A stretch of DNA of 64,000 nucleotides from Felis catus. Its lineage: Eukaryota. The stretch spans positions 42,782,001-42,846,000 of the forward strand of contig NC_058368.1 in NCBI RefSeq assembly GCF_018350175.1. Reading direction: 5' to 3'. The translations under genes and the position numbers were made by a program. A model generated the notes under the pieces. That model saw only the letters and a program-made list of their open reading frames with translations. It made no database searches and was not told where the DNA came from. Shown here piece by piece: positions 38,132 to 50,148 of this stretch; within the stretch, counting starts at the first letter, position 1, and each line of letters begins with the position of its first letter.

Positions 38132-38379
38132 TACCTTTTGTCTTTTTGCGCAGTGTTCACCATGATTTTGCTTTTATTTTTAGTCAACAGTATCTTTAAT
38201 ACAACTACACATTAGAACCTTATACAACAAGACAAGGCATAAAAACTTGTAAGTACAGAAATAAATAATCTTGTATCACTAACAGAATAATTTTTCCTGT
38301 GTCTTGTCAAACTTTAAAGGCTCATGTCTGTTAAAGTTCCCAAAGACCTAATGTCTAATGTTTAATCTAAGCCAGCATT

Positions 38380-38970
38380 ACTCACCCAGATTATTGCAGT
38401 AGCTTTTGAATTGATCTCATAGTACCCTCTCCACAGAGCATCCAAAATGATGCTGCAAAAGATTACATAGTTGCCATCTTCCATATACTTAAAATATTTT
38501 CGTGACCTTGCAATGTAGTTCAAATAAAATCCCAAATTCCTTAACCTGCCCTAAGAGATTCTTGATCACTTGAACTCACCCGATATTTCCAAGTTTATCC
38601 TAGATTGTGCACACTCTGCTATGTCTACCTTGATCTGCTTCTTAGAACTTTTAGATGCATATTTTCAGCCTGGAATTATCTCCTCCCATTCATTTCATCC
38701 CCAAATATCCTCTAAGAACCTCAGCTCAGTTACAGTGGCTCGTTGTGAAAACTCCCATTCCAGATCATCTGTTCTAAACTCGATCCCTGGGGCTATTCTC
38801 TTACATAATATTATTTTTATTGTAATCACAGCAGTTGTCACAATTAATCATTATATATTTATCATATGCTTTTTTCTAGAGGATAAATTCCCCCAAAGGA
38901 AGGAAGGCTGTCTGATATCCAGCAGCTAGTAGACCATCACTTAGCTTAGATCATTAAAGAATAATTGTGG
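38380..38970 (+). mobile_element. L2 3' region
   Basis: ctccacagagcatccaaaatgat...aaataaaatcccaaattccttaacctg...cctcagctcag resembles the L2 3' end. Confidence 0.6.
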
Positions 38971-38996
38971 GTACTTACAAATATATTTTCCTAAAA

Positions 38997-39070
38997 CATA
39001 TATATATATATGTATGTATATATATATGCATATATATATGCATATATATACACATACATATATATATATA
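38997..39070. repeat. (TA)n-rich microsatellite
   Basis: Direct reading of the sequence. Confidence 0.9.
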
Positions 39071-39210
39071 AATCTACTTATTATTTTTCACTGTGTTTCA
39101 CCACCAATTTAAAACTCTGTGATACTTACTCAATTATTTACTTAAAATTAAAATTAAGCATGTGGAATTGATAGCATCATTTAGTGAATTCCATTTAAAA
39201 CTACATGTTT

Positions 39211-39397
39211 CAGGAGCCTGGGTGGCTCAGTTAGTTAAACATCTGACCCTTGATCTCACGGTTTGTGAGATCTATGCTGTTAGGAAGGAAGCTACTTGGG
39301 ATTCTCTCTCTCCCTCTCTTTCTGCCCCTCTCCTGATTGTTCTCGCTCTCTCTGTCTCTCAAAATAAATAAATAAATAAATAAATATTTAAAAAAAA
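39211..39397 (+). mobile_element. Can-SINE, internally deleted
   Basis: Perfect 15-bp TSD taaaactacatgttt (39196-39210 / 39398-39412). Confidence 0.93.
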
Positions 39398-39620
39398 TAA
39401 AACTACATGTTTAATTGTGAGCCCACAGTGAGATCACATTATAAAGAATTGTTGAGTTATTAAAAATATGAAATATATATTTTACATTTGGAGAAGAAAG
39501 TTGAATTATTTGTATGCAATTTTATGCATATTGGATGTATAAATTTATATTGCAGCTATATTTGTGACAGGATATAGATGTTATAACAGAGGTAAATGTG
39601 GTCTGATTGAAAAATAGGTT

Positions 39621-39828
39621 GAGGCTCCTGGGTGTCTCCAGTTAAAGTTCTGACTTCAGCTCAGGTCAAGATCTCACGGTTCATGAGTTCAAACCCCACA
39701 TTCAGCTCTGTGCTGGCAGCTTAGAGCCTGGAGCCTGCTTCAGATTCTGTTTCCCAACCTCTCTGCCCCTGCCCTGCTCACGTTCTGTCTCTCTCTCAAA
39801 AAAAAAAAAAGTTACAAAAAAAACTAAA
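39621..39828 (+). mobile_element. Can-SINE (SINEC_Fc-like)
   Basis: TSD gaaaaataggt (39609-39619 / 39829-39839). Confidence 0.95.
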
Positions 39829-41433
39829 GAAAAATAGGTATTATGTTAACCAGTAGAATGGCTACTTAGAATCTCTGCCATTACTAAGCCTTCAAGAACA
39901 GAGTTAGGATGAGCTGTTTATGTAGAGCTTGTTTACATTTGACATATAACCCGAATTATTAATTTAATGGTAACAATCTGTGCTAATCAGAAGACACATT
40001 TTTGCTACTTCATACTTCCATGTGTTTATATACTGTCATTAAGCCTCCTGATTTTCATTTTGCAACCTCGCTTTCTCTCTTTAAGAACAACTTAGATCCC
40101 CAATTGCTTTAATTTCTACCTTTCTGTTGCGCACTTGTTGCTTATGCCATATCCACTTTCTCTTTCTCACTTAATTATGCCAGCTTTTTAAACAGAACAC
40201 CTGCTGAGGGGTTAGCTACTTTTGAAAAGATCCAATTGTCTTTGGAGCAAAATGAAATATAGGCACAGAGGCCCAATTATTATTAAGTGTTAGCATAATT
40301 GTAATTATAAGTAAAGTGTTTCATTATATTACATCTGTTGAAGTTTTAAATGAATCTCTGCAATGTGCTATATTAATAAGCAGCAAGGAACTGCTGACTT
40401 GGCACCCTTTTGGATCACATTTGTGACAACAAAACAGGTTATGAAAATGAATTCGCCATAGGAGCCCTACTGAGTTAGTTACTGTGATTCACAAGCTTAT
40501 TATGGTAATAAAGCAACATGAGACAATGCTAAGGACTCGGGTGTACAAGACATGCTCAGTATTGCTCCAAAAACATTATGAAGAAGAAGTAAGAAGTGCT
40601 GGGAATTGTACTTAGTGTAGCAGCTGTCGCACGGCTGAAGAAAATCCAAGTCCCTCTTCACCTCGCCCTTCTTCTTGATTCTTCCACCTGCAGTTTCCCT
40701 GACTCAGAATATACAGATTGTTTCAGTGACACAGAGGAATTATTGTCATCATGGTGTAGAGGTTGCAGATTCACCTTTTCTGTAAGAGGACACAGAAAAA
40801 TGTCGCCGATCTGATCTTTAAACACAACGGGGGTTGTAATTGTTCTCTCTCCTTTGTGATTTCCACATGGAATGGCTGGGTTCAAACAAGCTCAAGAAAC
40901 AGAAGAGAGGAAGGTCAAGGGATGTTGAAGGAAACAAACTTTCGAGATCTGTAAATCTGGATTATCTCTCTGGCATATAAAAGAAATCAGCATGTGCTTT
41001 GTACCAATGCATAAATAGCAAAACACCTGCCAAATATTTAATGTTTCTTTTAAAAATATTGTTTCAAAACCTTCGTTTCCATTAACATTGTCACAGTTAG
41101 CCAATTTATAGGATGTTTATAACAAAGTAATTTAATAAACTGCTCTTTTTCATTTTTTGAGACTCAACTGTAACTGTTTAATTTTATTCATTTATTAAAA
41201 TAATTTTTTTTATTATACAGTTAAAATTGAGTCTTAGAAAATTATGGTCAGGCAAATTTAATTCATCTGAGTCCTGTACAACTTTTCTTTGCATTTGTAC
41301 CAAATCTACTTGTTTCTATAGAGATATAAACTTTTTCTACTGATGCATAATAAAGTACAGTACTATAAACTTAATGACTTAGTAGAGCACCCATTTATTT
41401 TTTAAAATTTTTTTAAAAATGTTTTAATGTTTT

Positions 41434-41890
41434 ATTTATTTATTTATTAAAAAAAATTTTTTAATGTGGGGTGCCTGGATGGCTCAGTCGGTTAAGCGTC
41501 CAACTTCAGCTCAGGTCATGGTCTCGCGGTCAGTGAGTTCGAGCCCCTCATCAGGCTCTGTGCTGACAGCTCAGAGCCTGGAGCCTGTTTCAGATTCTGT
41601 GTTTCCCTCTTCGTCTCTCCTCCCCCGCTCATGCTCTGTCTCTCTCTTCTCAAAAATAAATAAACGTTAAAAAATATTAAAAAAAATTTTAATGTTTATT
41701 TATTTTTGAGAGACAGAGAGATACAGAGGCGAGCAGGGGAGAGGCAGAGAAAGAGAAGGAGACACAGAATCTGAAGCAGACTCCAGGTTCTGATCTGTCA
41801 GTCAGAGCCCCACGCAGGGCTCAAACTCACCAACCATGAGATCATGACCTGAGCCGAAGTCAGACACTTAACTAAGTGACCCAGGCACCC
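41434..41890 (-). mobile_element. Middle Can-SINE of the nested cluster
   Basis: Body 41687-41890 ends ccaggcaccc; duplication taatgtttt at 41425-41433 / 41891-41899. Confidence 0.85.
41468..41675 (+). mobile_element. Inner Can-SINE of the nested cluster
   Basis: Head ggggtgcctggatggctcagtcgg; flanking duplication attaaaaaaaattttttaatgt (41446-41467) / attaaaaaaaattttaatgt (41676-41695). Confidence 0.95.
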
Positions 41891-42832
41891 TAATGTTTTT
41901 TTTTTATTTTTGAGAGAGAGAGAGGTTAAGAGAGAAGGGACAGAGAATCTGCGCTGACAGCAGATTGCCCAATATGGGGCTTGAACTGAGGAACCATGAG
42001 ATCATGACCTGATCCAAAGTTGGACGTTTAACCAACTGAACCACCCAGGTGTCCCAGGAGAGCACCCACTTATTAGCTCACAAATCTGTGGGTGAGAAGC
42101 GTGGGGACAATGTGGTTGGGTTTTCTTCTTAGGATCTCAATGGCTAAAATTCAAGATGTTGGTTAACCTATATTCTTTGCATCTGGCAAAGAAATTTTTT
42201 CCAAGCTTATTCAGTTCCTTGCACCTAAAGGACTGAGGTTCCTGTTTCCTTGCTGGCTGTTGGTTGAAGTTCACTCTAAGCTACTAGAGGCTGCTACATT
42301 CCTTTCCACTGGTCTCTTATCTTCAAAGCCAGCAACACAGGATCTTTCCTGCATGGAATTCCTTATACTTCAAACATCTCTGATCACTTCCCCAACCTCC
42401 AGAATCCAACCTCTAGATTTGAAGGGTTACAAACCCTTCCAAAATATAATCTTCCTGTTGTAAGGTCAGCTGATCTGGAATCTTAATTCCATCTGCAGAG
42501 TATCTTCATAGCAGCACTTAACATTAGTGTTTTATTGAATTACTAGAAGGACATATATGTACTTTTGGTACAGGCCAAACTATTGAGGTTTGGTAGAGGC
42601 CAAACTATTGAGGACTATCACAAAATTCTGCCTTTCACTTAGTCCTTAATACAAACACATTTTCACGACATCAAGTAAATGCCAGAGAACTTGACTAGGA
42701 CTATATTGCTGGACAGTGACTTAAGGCAATGTTTTCAAAGTGCAGCACCAAAAATCTATATTGTAACTTTTCAGAATATCTTTGATTTATCAAAAAATAA
42801 TAATTTATCATTTTTGTTATATGTTAAGTTTT

Positions 42833-43215
42833 TTATTCATTCATACAACAAATATTTATTGCATCCTCTAATATGTTCAACAGCTAGAGATAAAAAGATT
42901 AGGCTAGATCAATTCTCTCAGGGAACTTACAGATCCTTCATGTCAGACACGGATGAAACAGGAGACGTAGTTGCAAACAAGAACGATTCCTGTATTTGAG
43001 CAGTTTACAATTTTGTTGTGAAAAAGACGTAAAAGGAATAACTACAGGAGCAATTATTTCACTACAGTTGTGATGAAGGCGATAAAGGCAAGAGTGTAGA
43101 CTTCACAAAACATGTATCAGAGACTTCCTTGAGAAAAACACATTTAAGCTGTCATTTGAGGACCAGGAGATTGTGTTGTAATGAATGGTGAGAGGAAGAA
43201 AGAACACAGAGTGCT
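42833..43215 (-). mobile_element. L2 fragments
   Basis: ttattcattcatacaacaaatatttattg (L2 terminus)...gacttccttgagaaaaacacatttaagctg. Confidence 0.65.
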
Positions 43216-43237
43216 GATGGAGAATCTTAGCTGTTTC

Positions 43238-43468
43238 TTTTTTTTTTCTAATTTTCTTTTAATGTTTATTTCTGAGACAGAGAGAAAGAGAGAGAGAGAG
43301 AGCACAAGCAGGGGAGGGGAAGAGAGAGAGGGAGATACAGAATCCTAAGCAGGCTCCAGGCTCTGAGCTGTCAGCACAGAGCCTGATGCGGGGCTCAAAC
43401 TCACCGACCATGAGACCATGACTTGAGCTGAAGTTGGACACTTAACCTACTGAGCCACCCAGGTGCCC
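43238..43468 (-). mobile_element. Can-SINE (SINEC_Fc-like)
   Basis: TSD cttagctgtttc / cttagctctttc. Confidence 0.95.
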
Positions 43469-43724
43469 CTTAGCTCTTTCCTAATGATGAAAAATATTAG
43501 TAACATGTTTTTCTTTTGTGATACTACCCTGTAAAATGGACTAAAAAGTTTTTCTGTATAGTAAAATCTGTAATTTTTCTATAATTAAATATATCACTTC
43601 TTGAACTACTCATGGAAACAATTCTTGAGACAACTTTTATCCTTTTGCCTTAAGGCATATAATAATATACCTTCTCCACAAAGTGGAATGCAGTTAAAAT
43701 TATATTTAAAACAAACATGCACAC

Positions 43725-43946
43725 AGAGTTCAATATGTCTCTGGCACTCTGCTAAGTCATTTACAAATAACAACACATTTAATTCTCATAATAACCCTAT
43801 GAGGTTGACACAATAATTATCTGAATTTTACATATGAAGAAACCTGAAGCACAGGAATCAAGAGTGATCAAGGAGTAAGAGAGACAGAGTGTGAACCAGG
43901 TGATGTGACTCCTGGTTCGTGATTGTAACTCTTAGGCTATAGTGCC
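43725..43946 (-). mobile_element. MIR
   Basis: ggcactctgctaag...catttaattctcataataaccctatgaggt...ttttacatatgaagaaacctgaagcacag. Confidence 0.8.
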
Positions 43947-44519
43947 CATTGCTGACACCCACGGCCTGGATCAAAAGAGACTATGCTGTACAAACAGTTG
44001 CTATTTCTTTCTTTTTTTTATCTTGACCCACTTGTGTCACAGTATTCTGCCTTTTTTTGCATGATGATGATTACTGATCAACTTTGAAAATAAATCACAC
44101 CTGAAAAATTTGCTTTCTTTCTGCCTTTTATCACACTGCTACATTATTTTTAGAAAATTCTCAGAAGTTAAAAGAGCATGCATTCTTTTTGAATGCTTGT
44201 CTATATTTGGTAAATATTTGATTTCTGATATGGACAAAAATACATCTTTAAAGAGATGCAAAAATATAATCAAGTGGTTTAAAATTATTGTAGAAATATT
44301 GTATTGAATTTGTCTATTTTATTTTAGGTATGTAAAGATATATGAAAAAGTCTGAGTTGTTTGTAGAATCAAATATGGCCATAAATTTTTCTTTAATATT
44401 TTCCTTTCTCTTCTCAGTATCAATCTTATTTTCATTCCTATGAATCATTTCTCATAGCACAATAAAGAACTGATAATTTTTTTCTAAGGCTTGGATTAGA
44501 AGCCTTTCTGGATTAACGA

Positions 44520-46830
44520 GAAAAAGCAATAAAACGTATACAATTCAGAATAAAAAAGTAAATTGTCTTCTTTTGTAGAAAAGAATATTCATACACAGAA
44601 ATAATCCTAGAGCATCTAATAACAATAACTAAACAAACAAGTGGATTTAGAAAAGTTGAATAATGCAACTTGAAAATAACACAAATCAGTTGAATTTCTT
44701 TATACTAGCAACAAACAAATAAAATTAAAAATATAGTTAGCAATAGCATCAAAACATATAATGCTTTGGGATAAATTTTAAATACTGTGTGTAACATTTT
44801 TTACGGTGAATATTTAAAAATATTTTCTGAAGGAAATTAAATCCTAAAAAAAGGGAAGAAAAAAGAATTTATCAGACAGGGTCCTCGGGAAAAACAGAAC
44901 CAATAGGATGTATGTAAATAAAGAAAGACATTTATTTTAAGGAATTGGCTCACTCATTTGTTGGGGCTGGTGGATCCAAAATTTGCAGGACAGGCCAACA
45001 TGCTGGAAATTCTGGCCAGAGTTAATATTGCAGTCTTGAATCTGAAGGCAGTCTTGAATGCTCCCTCTTTGGGGAACCTATGGTGCTTTTCTTAAAGCTT
45101 TCAATTGGATGAGGTACACTCATAATTTGCTTTACTCAGAAGTCTACTGATTACAACCGAATAACATTTTGAAAATATCGTCACGTTCAGATTGAAGTTT
45201 AACTACACAACTGGGTATTGTAGCCCAGCCAAGTTGACACATATATCTAACCATCACAGTAAGACATATACCATGTTCATAAATTGAGAAACTCAGTATT
45301 GTAAACGTGATCATTATTCCCAAATTGATCTATAGATTCAGTACAATCCCAAGAGAAATCCCTGCAGGCTTTTTTTTCTTTTTGGTAGAAATTTATAAGC
45401 TTCTTCTAGAATCTATAAGTATTTGAAAATGAAATATTACAGCAAACAGAATTGTAAATGCAAAGGGCAATGTTAGAGAAGTTAAATATCTCAATTTTAA
45501 AACTTACCATGAAGTCAAATTAAACAAGAAATTATGGTGTTGCCAATAGGATGGGCATAAACGTAGAGATTAGAGAAATACAGCCACACATACATGATGA
45601 AGTGATTTTCAGAAAGATGTCAAGGTGATTAAATAGGGAAATAGTTATTTCAAGAATAACTTTGAAACAATGTGGTATGGTTTTAGTAGTACATATATAT
45701 CTCAATCTCTACATAGTGCAATATGTAAAATTTAACTCAAAATGAGTGGTAACCCCAGATGTCAAAGCAACAATGATAAAACTTCTAAAAGAAAACATAG
45801 AAGAAAATGTTTTGGGTAGGCAAAAGTGGCTTAAATAGTACACAAAAAGCACCAAATTTGAAAGAAATGATTGCTAAGTAAACTTTGTCAAAATAAAAAA
45901 AAATATTTTGCTCTTCAAAATTTGACACTTCATTAACAAAATGACAATGCAAAACACAGATAGGCAGAAAATATCTGCATTCATATCTTTGAAAAAAGAC
46001 TTGCATCCAGAATATATAAAAACTCTTAGAATCCAATAAGAAGATAATAAAAAAATATGCAAAGGACATTAAAGAAACATCATGAAAGAAACTCTTCAAA
46101 AGCTGTTTAACACTATTAGGCATCAAAGACATGTAAATTAATACTCCAGTGAGATACTACCACATGATTACTGCAATAGCTTAAAATTTTAAAAAGACCA
46201 AGAATTCAAGTTTAGTGAGGTTGTGATATAACTGGACCCTTGTATGATCCGTTGTTGATGCACATGATGGCACAAACACTTTGGAAAAGGGTTAGACAGT
46301 TTCTTACAAATTTAACATAACCATCATATGATCCAGCAATCCCACTCTGGGTATTTACCCAAGCAAAGCAAAACTTACCTTCTCACCAAAACTTGAGGAT
46401 GATGCTTCAGAATAGATTTATTCATAATAACTCAGAATTGGAACAGTCCAAAATGTCTATCAAAAAGTTCATTCTTAAACAAATTGTGCTGTGTTTATAA
46501 AAGGGAATACTAATTATCAATTAAGAAATGAACAACTGATATAAAAGCACTGTGGATGAAGTCCAAAAACATTATGCTGAAAATAAGAAATAGACAGAAA
46601 AATGTACTATATCATTCCATTCATATGAAATTCTCAGATTGGTAAAAATTATTTATAGTGTGAGTAAAAGGCTTGAAGGAACAATTTTGGGATGTGAAAA
46701 GTTATACTTCTTGATTGGAGTTGCAGTTACATTGGTGTATACATTTGTCCAAACTTATCAAACTTCCACTTAAAATGGGACAATTTTACTATATGCAAAT
46801 TACATCACAATAAGGTGACTTAAAAATAAA
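44520..46830 (+). mobile_element. Old L1 (L1ME-like) ORF2 3' half and 3'UTR, interrupted by an MLT2 LTR
   Basis: aaatcagttgaatttctttatactagcaac; cccaaattgatctatagattca; atgatccagcaatcccactctgggtatttaccca; terminus acatttgtccaaactt...aattacatcacaataagg. Confidence 0.88.
44868..45258 (-). mobile_element. ERVL solo LTR (MLT2D-like)
   Basis: aaacagaaccaatagga...ttattttaaggaattggctcac...agccaagttgacacatatatctaaccatcaca. Confidence 0.88.
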
Positions 46831-47141
46831 ATCTCATATTATGAAAAACTTGTGGTTGTGTTTTAACAGTTTCATGTTCATCATTTGTCCTCAGTCACTT
46901 CCATGGTATAATATTACTCACTTTTCCAGATTCATTCCCTCCACCACCACTCGTTATTGACAAGTTGAGCCACTTTTCAGTTGATAACATTACTGGGATA
47001 ATCAAATAAAACTGGGAGAACGTTTGGACTTTACTCTGTTACTAGATATTAAGACTCATTTGTTAAGTTCGATAGTATTATGTTGTGGAATGATGACAGA
47101 GATTAGAATGTTAAACCTAGTTTAAAAGGAAAGGTGATGCA

Positions 47142-47270
47142 GGGTGCTGGGGTGGCTTAGTCAGTTAAGCAGCTGACTCTTGATCTCAGCTCAGGTCTTA
47201 AACTCAGGGTTGTGAATTCAAGCACCCTCTTGGGGTCCTCACTGGGCATGAAGACTACTTAAGAAAAATG
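47142..47270 (+). mobile_element. Short Can-SINE lacking the CT tract (SINEC_c-like)
   Basis: tRNA-derived head ...gggttgtgaattcaagc...ctgggcatgaagactacttaagaaaaa; degenerate TSD aaaggtgatgca / aaatgtggtgca. Confidence 0.85.
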
Positions 47271-47463
47271 AACAAATGTGGTGCACAAATAATACGAAAA
47301 TTGCATAATACATCAAACTCCACTTGGCACAAAAATAATAGGGTAGAATTGGACATAAATTTTAAAGTTATAATATCATCTTTGATGCTATAATGAGAAA
47401 AATTCTTGTTTGCATTGCAATTAAACAGTTAACTGAGTATTTCTTCAAATATATGGAAAGCAG

Positions 47464-47837
47464 AGTTATGGACTCAATGTTTGTGTCCCCCACAGAATTC
47501 ATATGTTAAAGCTCTAACCCCTAATGTGATGGTATTTGTATGTGAAGGTTTGGAAGATAATTAGATGCAGATGAGGTCATGAGGGTGAGCATATGCTGGG
47601 ATTAGTGTTCTTCTAAAAAGAGGAAGAGAGACCAGCACTGTGTCTTTCAACCATATGAGCACACGGTGAGAAGTTAGACATCTACAAGCCAGAAAGAGGG
47701 TTCTTACCAAAAACCGAATCGTGCCAGCAACTTGATCTGGGACTTTCTAGCCTCCAGAATTATGAGAAATAGATGTCTGTTGTTCAACCACCCAATCTAT
47801 GGTTATTTTGTTATAGCAGCCCAACCTGACTACGACA
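47464..47837 (+). mobile_element. MaLR solo LTR (MLT1A-like)
   Basis: gttatggactcaatgtttgtgtcccc...atgaggtcatgagggtg...tattttgttatagcagcccaacctgactacgaca. Confidence 0.9.
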
Positions 47838-49376
47838 GTCAGTTTCTAAAGAATTATTTCCCTCTCCCCTCACAACTAGTTTCTATACAAGATGATTTTA
47901 GGTGGCATGTACTTTTAAAAACTCACAGTTATATGTTTCTTCAATATATATTAGGAAAAGTACAAGTATATATCAAAACCATAACTTCATGTGAATTTTA
48001 GCTTTATCTTAAAATAGGTGGAAATGCATTCCAGGTGTATTCTACAAATCTCAGGTGGTATTAGTAAACTTTAGTTAGAAGAAATTAAACAAAAATTTTA
48101 AGATGATGCAAAAACAATCATTCAATTATTAACAATTCCATTAGTCAGTTTCCAAATCACTGTGTTATTTTTTTAAATTTCATTTCAAATTTCACTCTTT
48201 TCTTAAACAGTACAAATCATCATTCATTATAGTCATTGATTCAAGTGCACAAAATCCTTTTACCAATGGCTTAATATTCCTAGATATTAAACTATTTTGT
48301 GTCCTTTAAATGCTGCTTGGAATAAATTTCCAGTCAAAAGGAAAAGAAGTACACTGTGATACAACTAATGCTTATTTTTCTGAAGTGTTATCTCTCAAAC
48401 GGTATAAAATACCTTCATTTAGCTTACATTACACAGACTCAACATCCTGTGTTTACAAAAGACTTTCGTATAGCTGTTGCTCTGTATGAACTTATGGAGC
48501 ACATTTTTTCCATGTTCTCCTGTCTCAGGATAAGACGGCATTTGTGTTTAGCACATGAAGATTGATTTTTGATGTAAGGAGCTTATTTTTGCTCAGAAAT
48601 TTCTGCTTATTTTACTGAAATCCACCCTTACATCTACTATTCTAGTTCTATATAAATGTGACACAGACTTTCCATATCGAGCACTAAGGTAGATGATTTT
48701 ATATGGTATGAACAATTGTCAGTTGCTAGTAATCAATTACTGCCAAGGATAATTTGATGCAGTCATATTTCCAAGAACAGTGTTTAAAAGTTTTGTCCTT
48801 CTGATGACTCACTGCTGTCATATTTCCAGCTGTGCTGAGTGTCTTTCACAGGTCTCTTCACATTCATTTTAATTTGTTATTTTAATCAATAATATTGAAG
48901 TCACAGAAAGGAAAACCAGCCAGCTCAGTAATGACTGTCGACTTTTTGTTGATTTGAGCTAATTATGCCAATTTCACATATACACACACAACCAGGTTAA
49001 ATGCAAGCTTGATCCCTAGCCTTGTACACAATAAGTGTTTAGACAGTGACATCTCATGGTAGAAGCTTTTTTTTTTTCTAACTCTAACTGATTTCTCCTG
49101 TTCCTGGTTCTTATAAATTTAGGGACAAAATTTGGGTATGTTCCTAGAGCACATGCATGCTTCCCTGTTTTTATGCCTTTCCTTATGCCATTTTTCTGAG
49201 TGTTTTAAGTGGTCAAATGCTAAAGAGAGTTCTAGGGAGAGGAAAGGTTGAGAGAACACCGAGTTTTGGAATGAAGAGGTAATGAGTAACTTTTGAAAGA
49301 GGAGGTTCCTTAGAAGCCAAAATATGTTAAATGTTTCTTAAGAAGTTGAGAGTTGGTGATTAAATAAGCGCAGTCA

Positions 49377-49590
49377 AGGTGCACCTGAGTGGCTCAGTCA
49401 GTTACATCTGACTTTGGCTCAGGTCATGATCTCATGGTTGGTGGGTTCAAGCCCCATGTAGGGCTCTGTGTTGACAGCTCAGAGCCTGGAGCCTACTTCA
49501 GATTCTGTCTCCCTCTCTCTCTGCCCCTGCCCTGCTCACTCTTTCTCTCTCTCTCTCTCAAAAATAAATAAACATTAAAAAAAGTTTACA
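49377..49590 (+). mobile_element. Can-SINE (SINEC_Fc-like)
   Basis: Head, CT tract and tail; degenerate TSD aaataagcgcagtca / aaataaagacagtca. Confidence 0.94.
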
Positions 49591-49964
49591 AAATAAAGAC
49601 AGTCAGTACACACCAATTGTTTAAAAAAATTGGAAGTGAGATTGAAAAGGGAAGAAGGAAACCAAAGTATCATATGAAGATATTTCAAAGATTTAGACAT
49701 TGGAGAGTGAAAGTTTAGAGACCAGTTGAGTACGGATTAGATATTTTACACTGTTCAGGGATAATTGAAGGAGCAGGTCCCCAGAGGATGAAGAAGAAAA
49801 TAGAATTAAAGAAACTTAACAGACAGTGGTATATCAATGCCTCTGAGAACATAAAAAAAACGAAAAAAGACTGTTGTAAAGACCGAAGTATTTTGGATGA
49901 TGCAGATGTATATTGGTGAAGTCATGCCAGTTAAACTTGATATTTTAGCAATGTAAAAAAAACG

Positions 49965-50063
49965 TTATGTATATACAAGGCATGAGTATATAAAAATTCT
50001 TTGTACCTTCCTCTCATTTTTGCTGTGAACCTAAAACTGCTCTAAAATTAGTCTATTAAAAAA
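49965..50063 (+). mobile_element. Short L1MC-like 3' terminus
   Basis: tgtaccttcctctcatttttgctgtgaacctaaaactgctctaaaa...gtctattaaaaaa. Confidence 0.75.
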
Positions 50064-50148
50064 TGTCATCTCCTTAAAATTAATGGGATGAATTAAAGCA
50101 TGGAAAAAAACTTTTTGAGCACCTATCATCAACATTATAAGGAATCAG

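Larger units (their letters stand above)
41400..42055 (-). mobile_element. Outer Can-SINE of the nested cluster (tail 41400-41433, body 41892-42055)
   Basis: TSD agtagagcacccatttatt (41381-41399) / aggagagcacccacttatt (42056-42074). Confidence 0.88.
41330..42638 (-). mobile_element. MaLR solo LTR (MLT1E-like) hosting three nested SINEs
   Basis: Antisense LTR: aaacttaatgactt...cacccatttatt|agctcaca...cagttccttgc...ggactgaggttcctgtttccttgctggctgt...cttaattccatctgca...aaattctgcctttcac. Confidence 0.82.
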
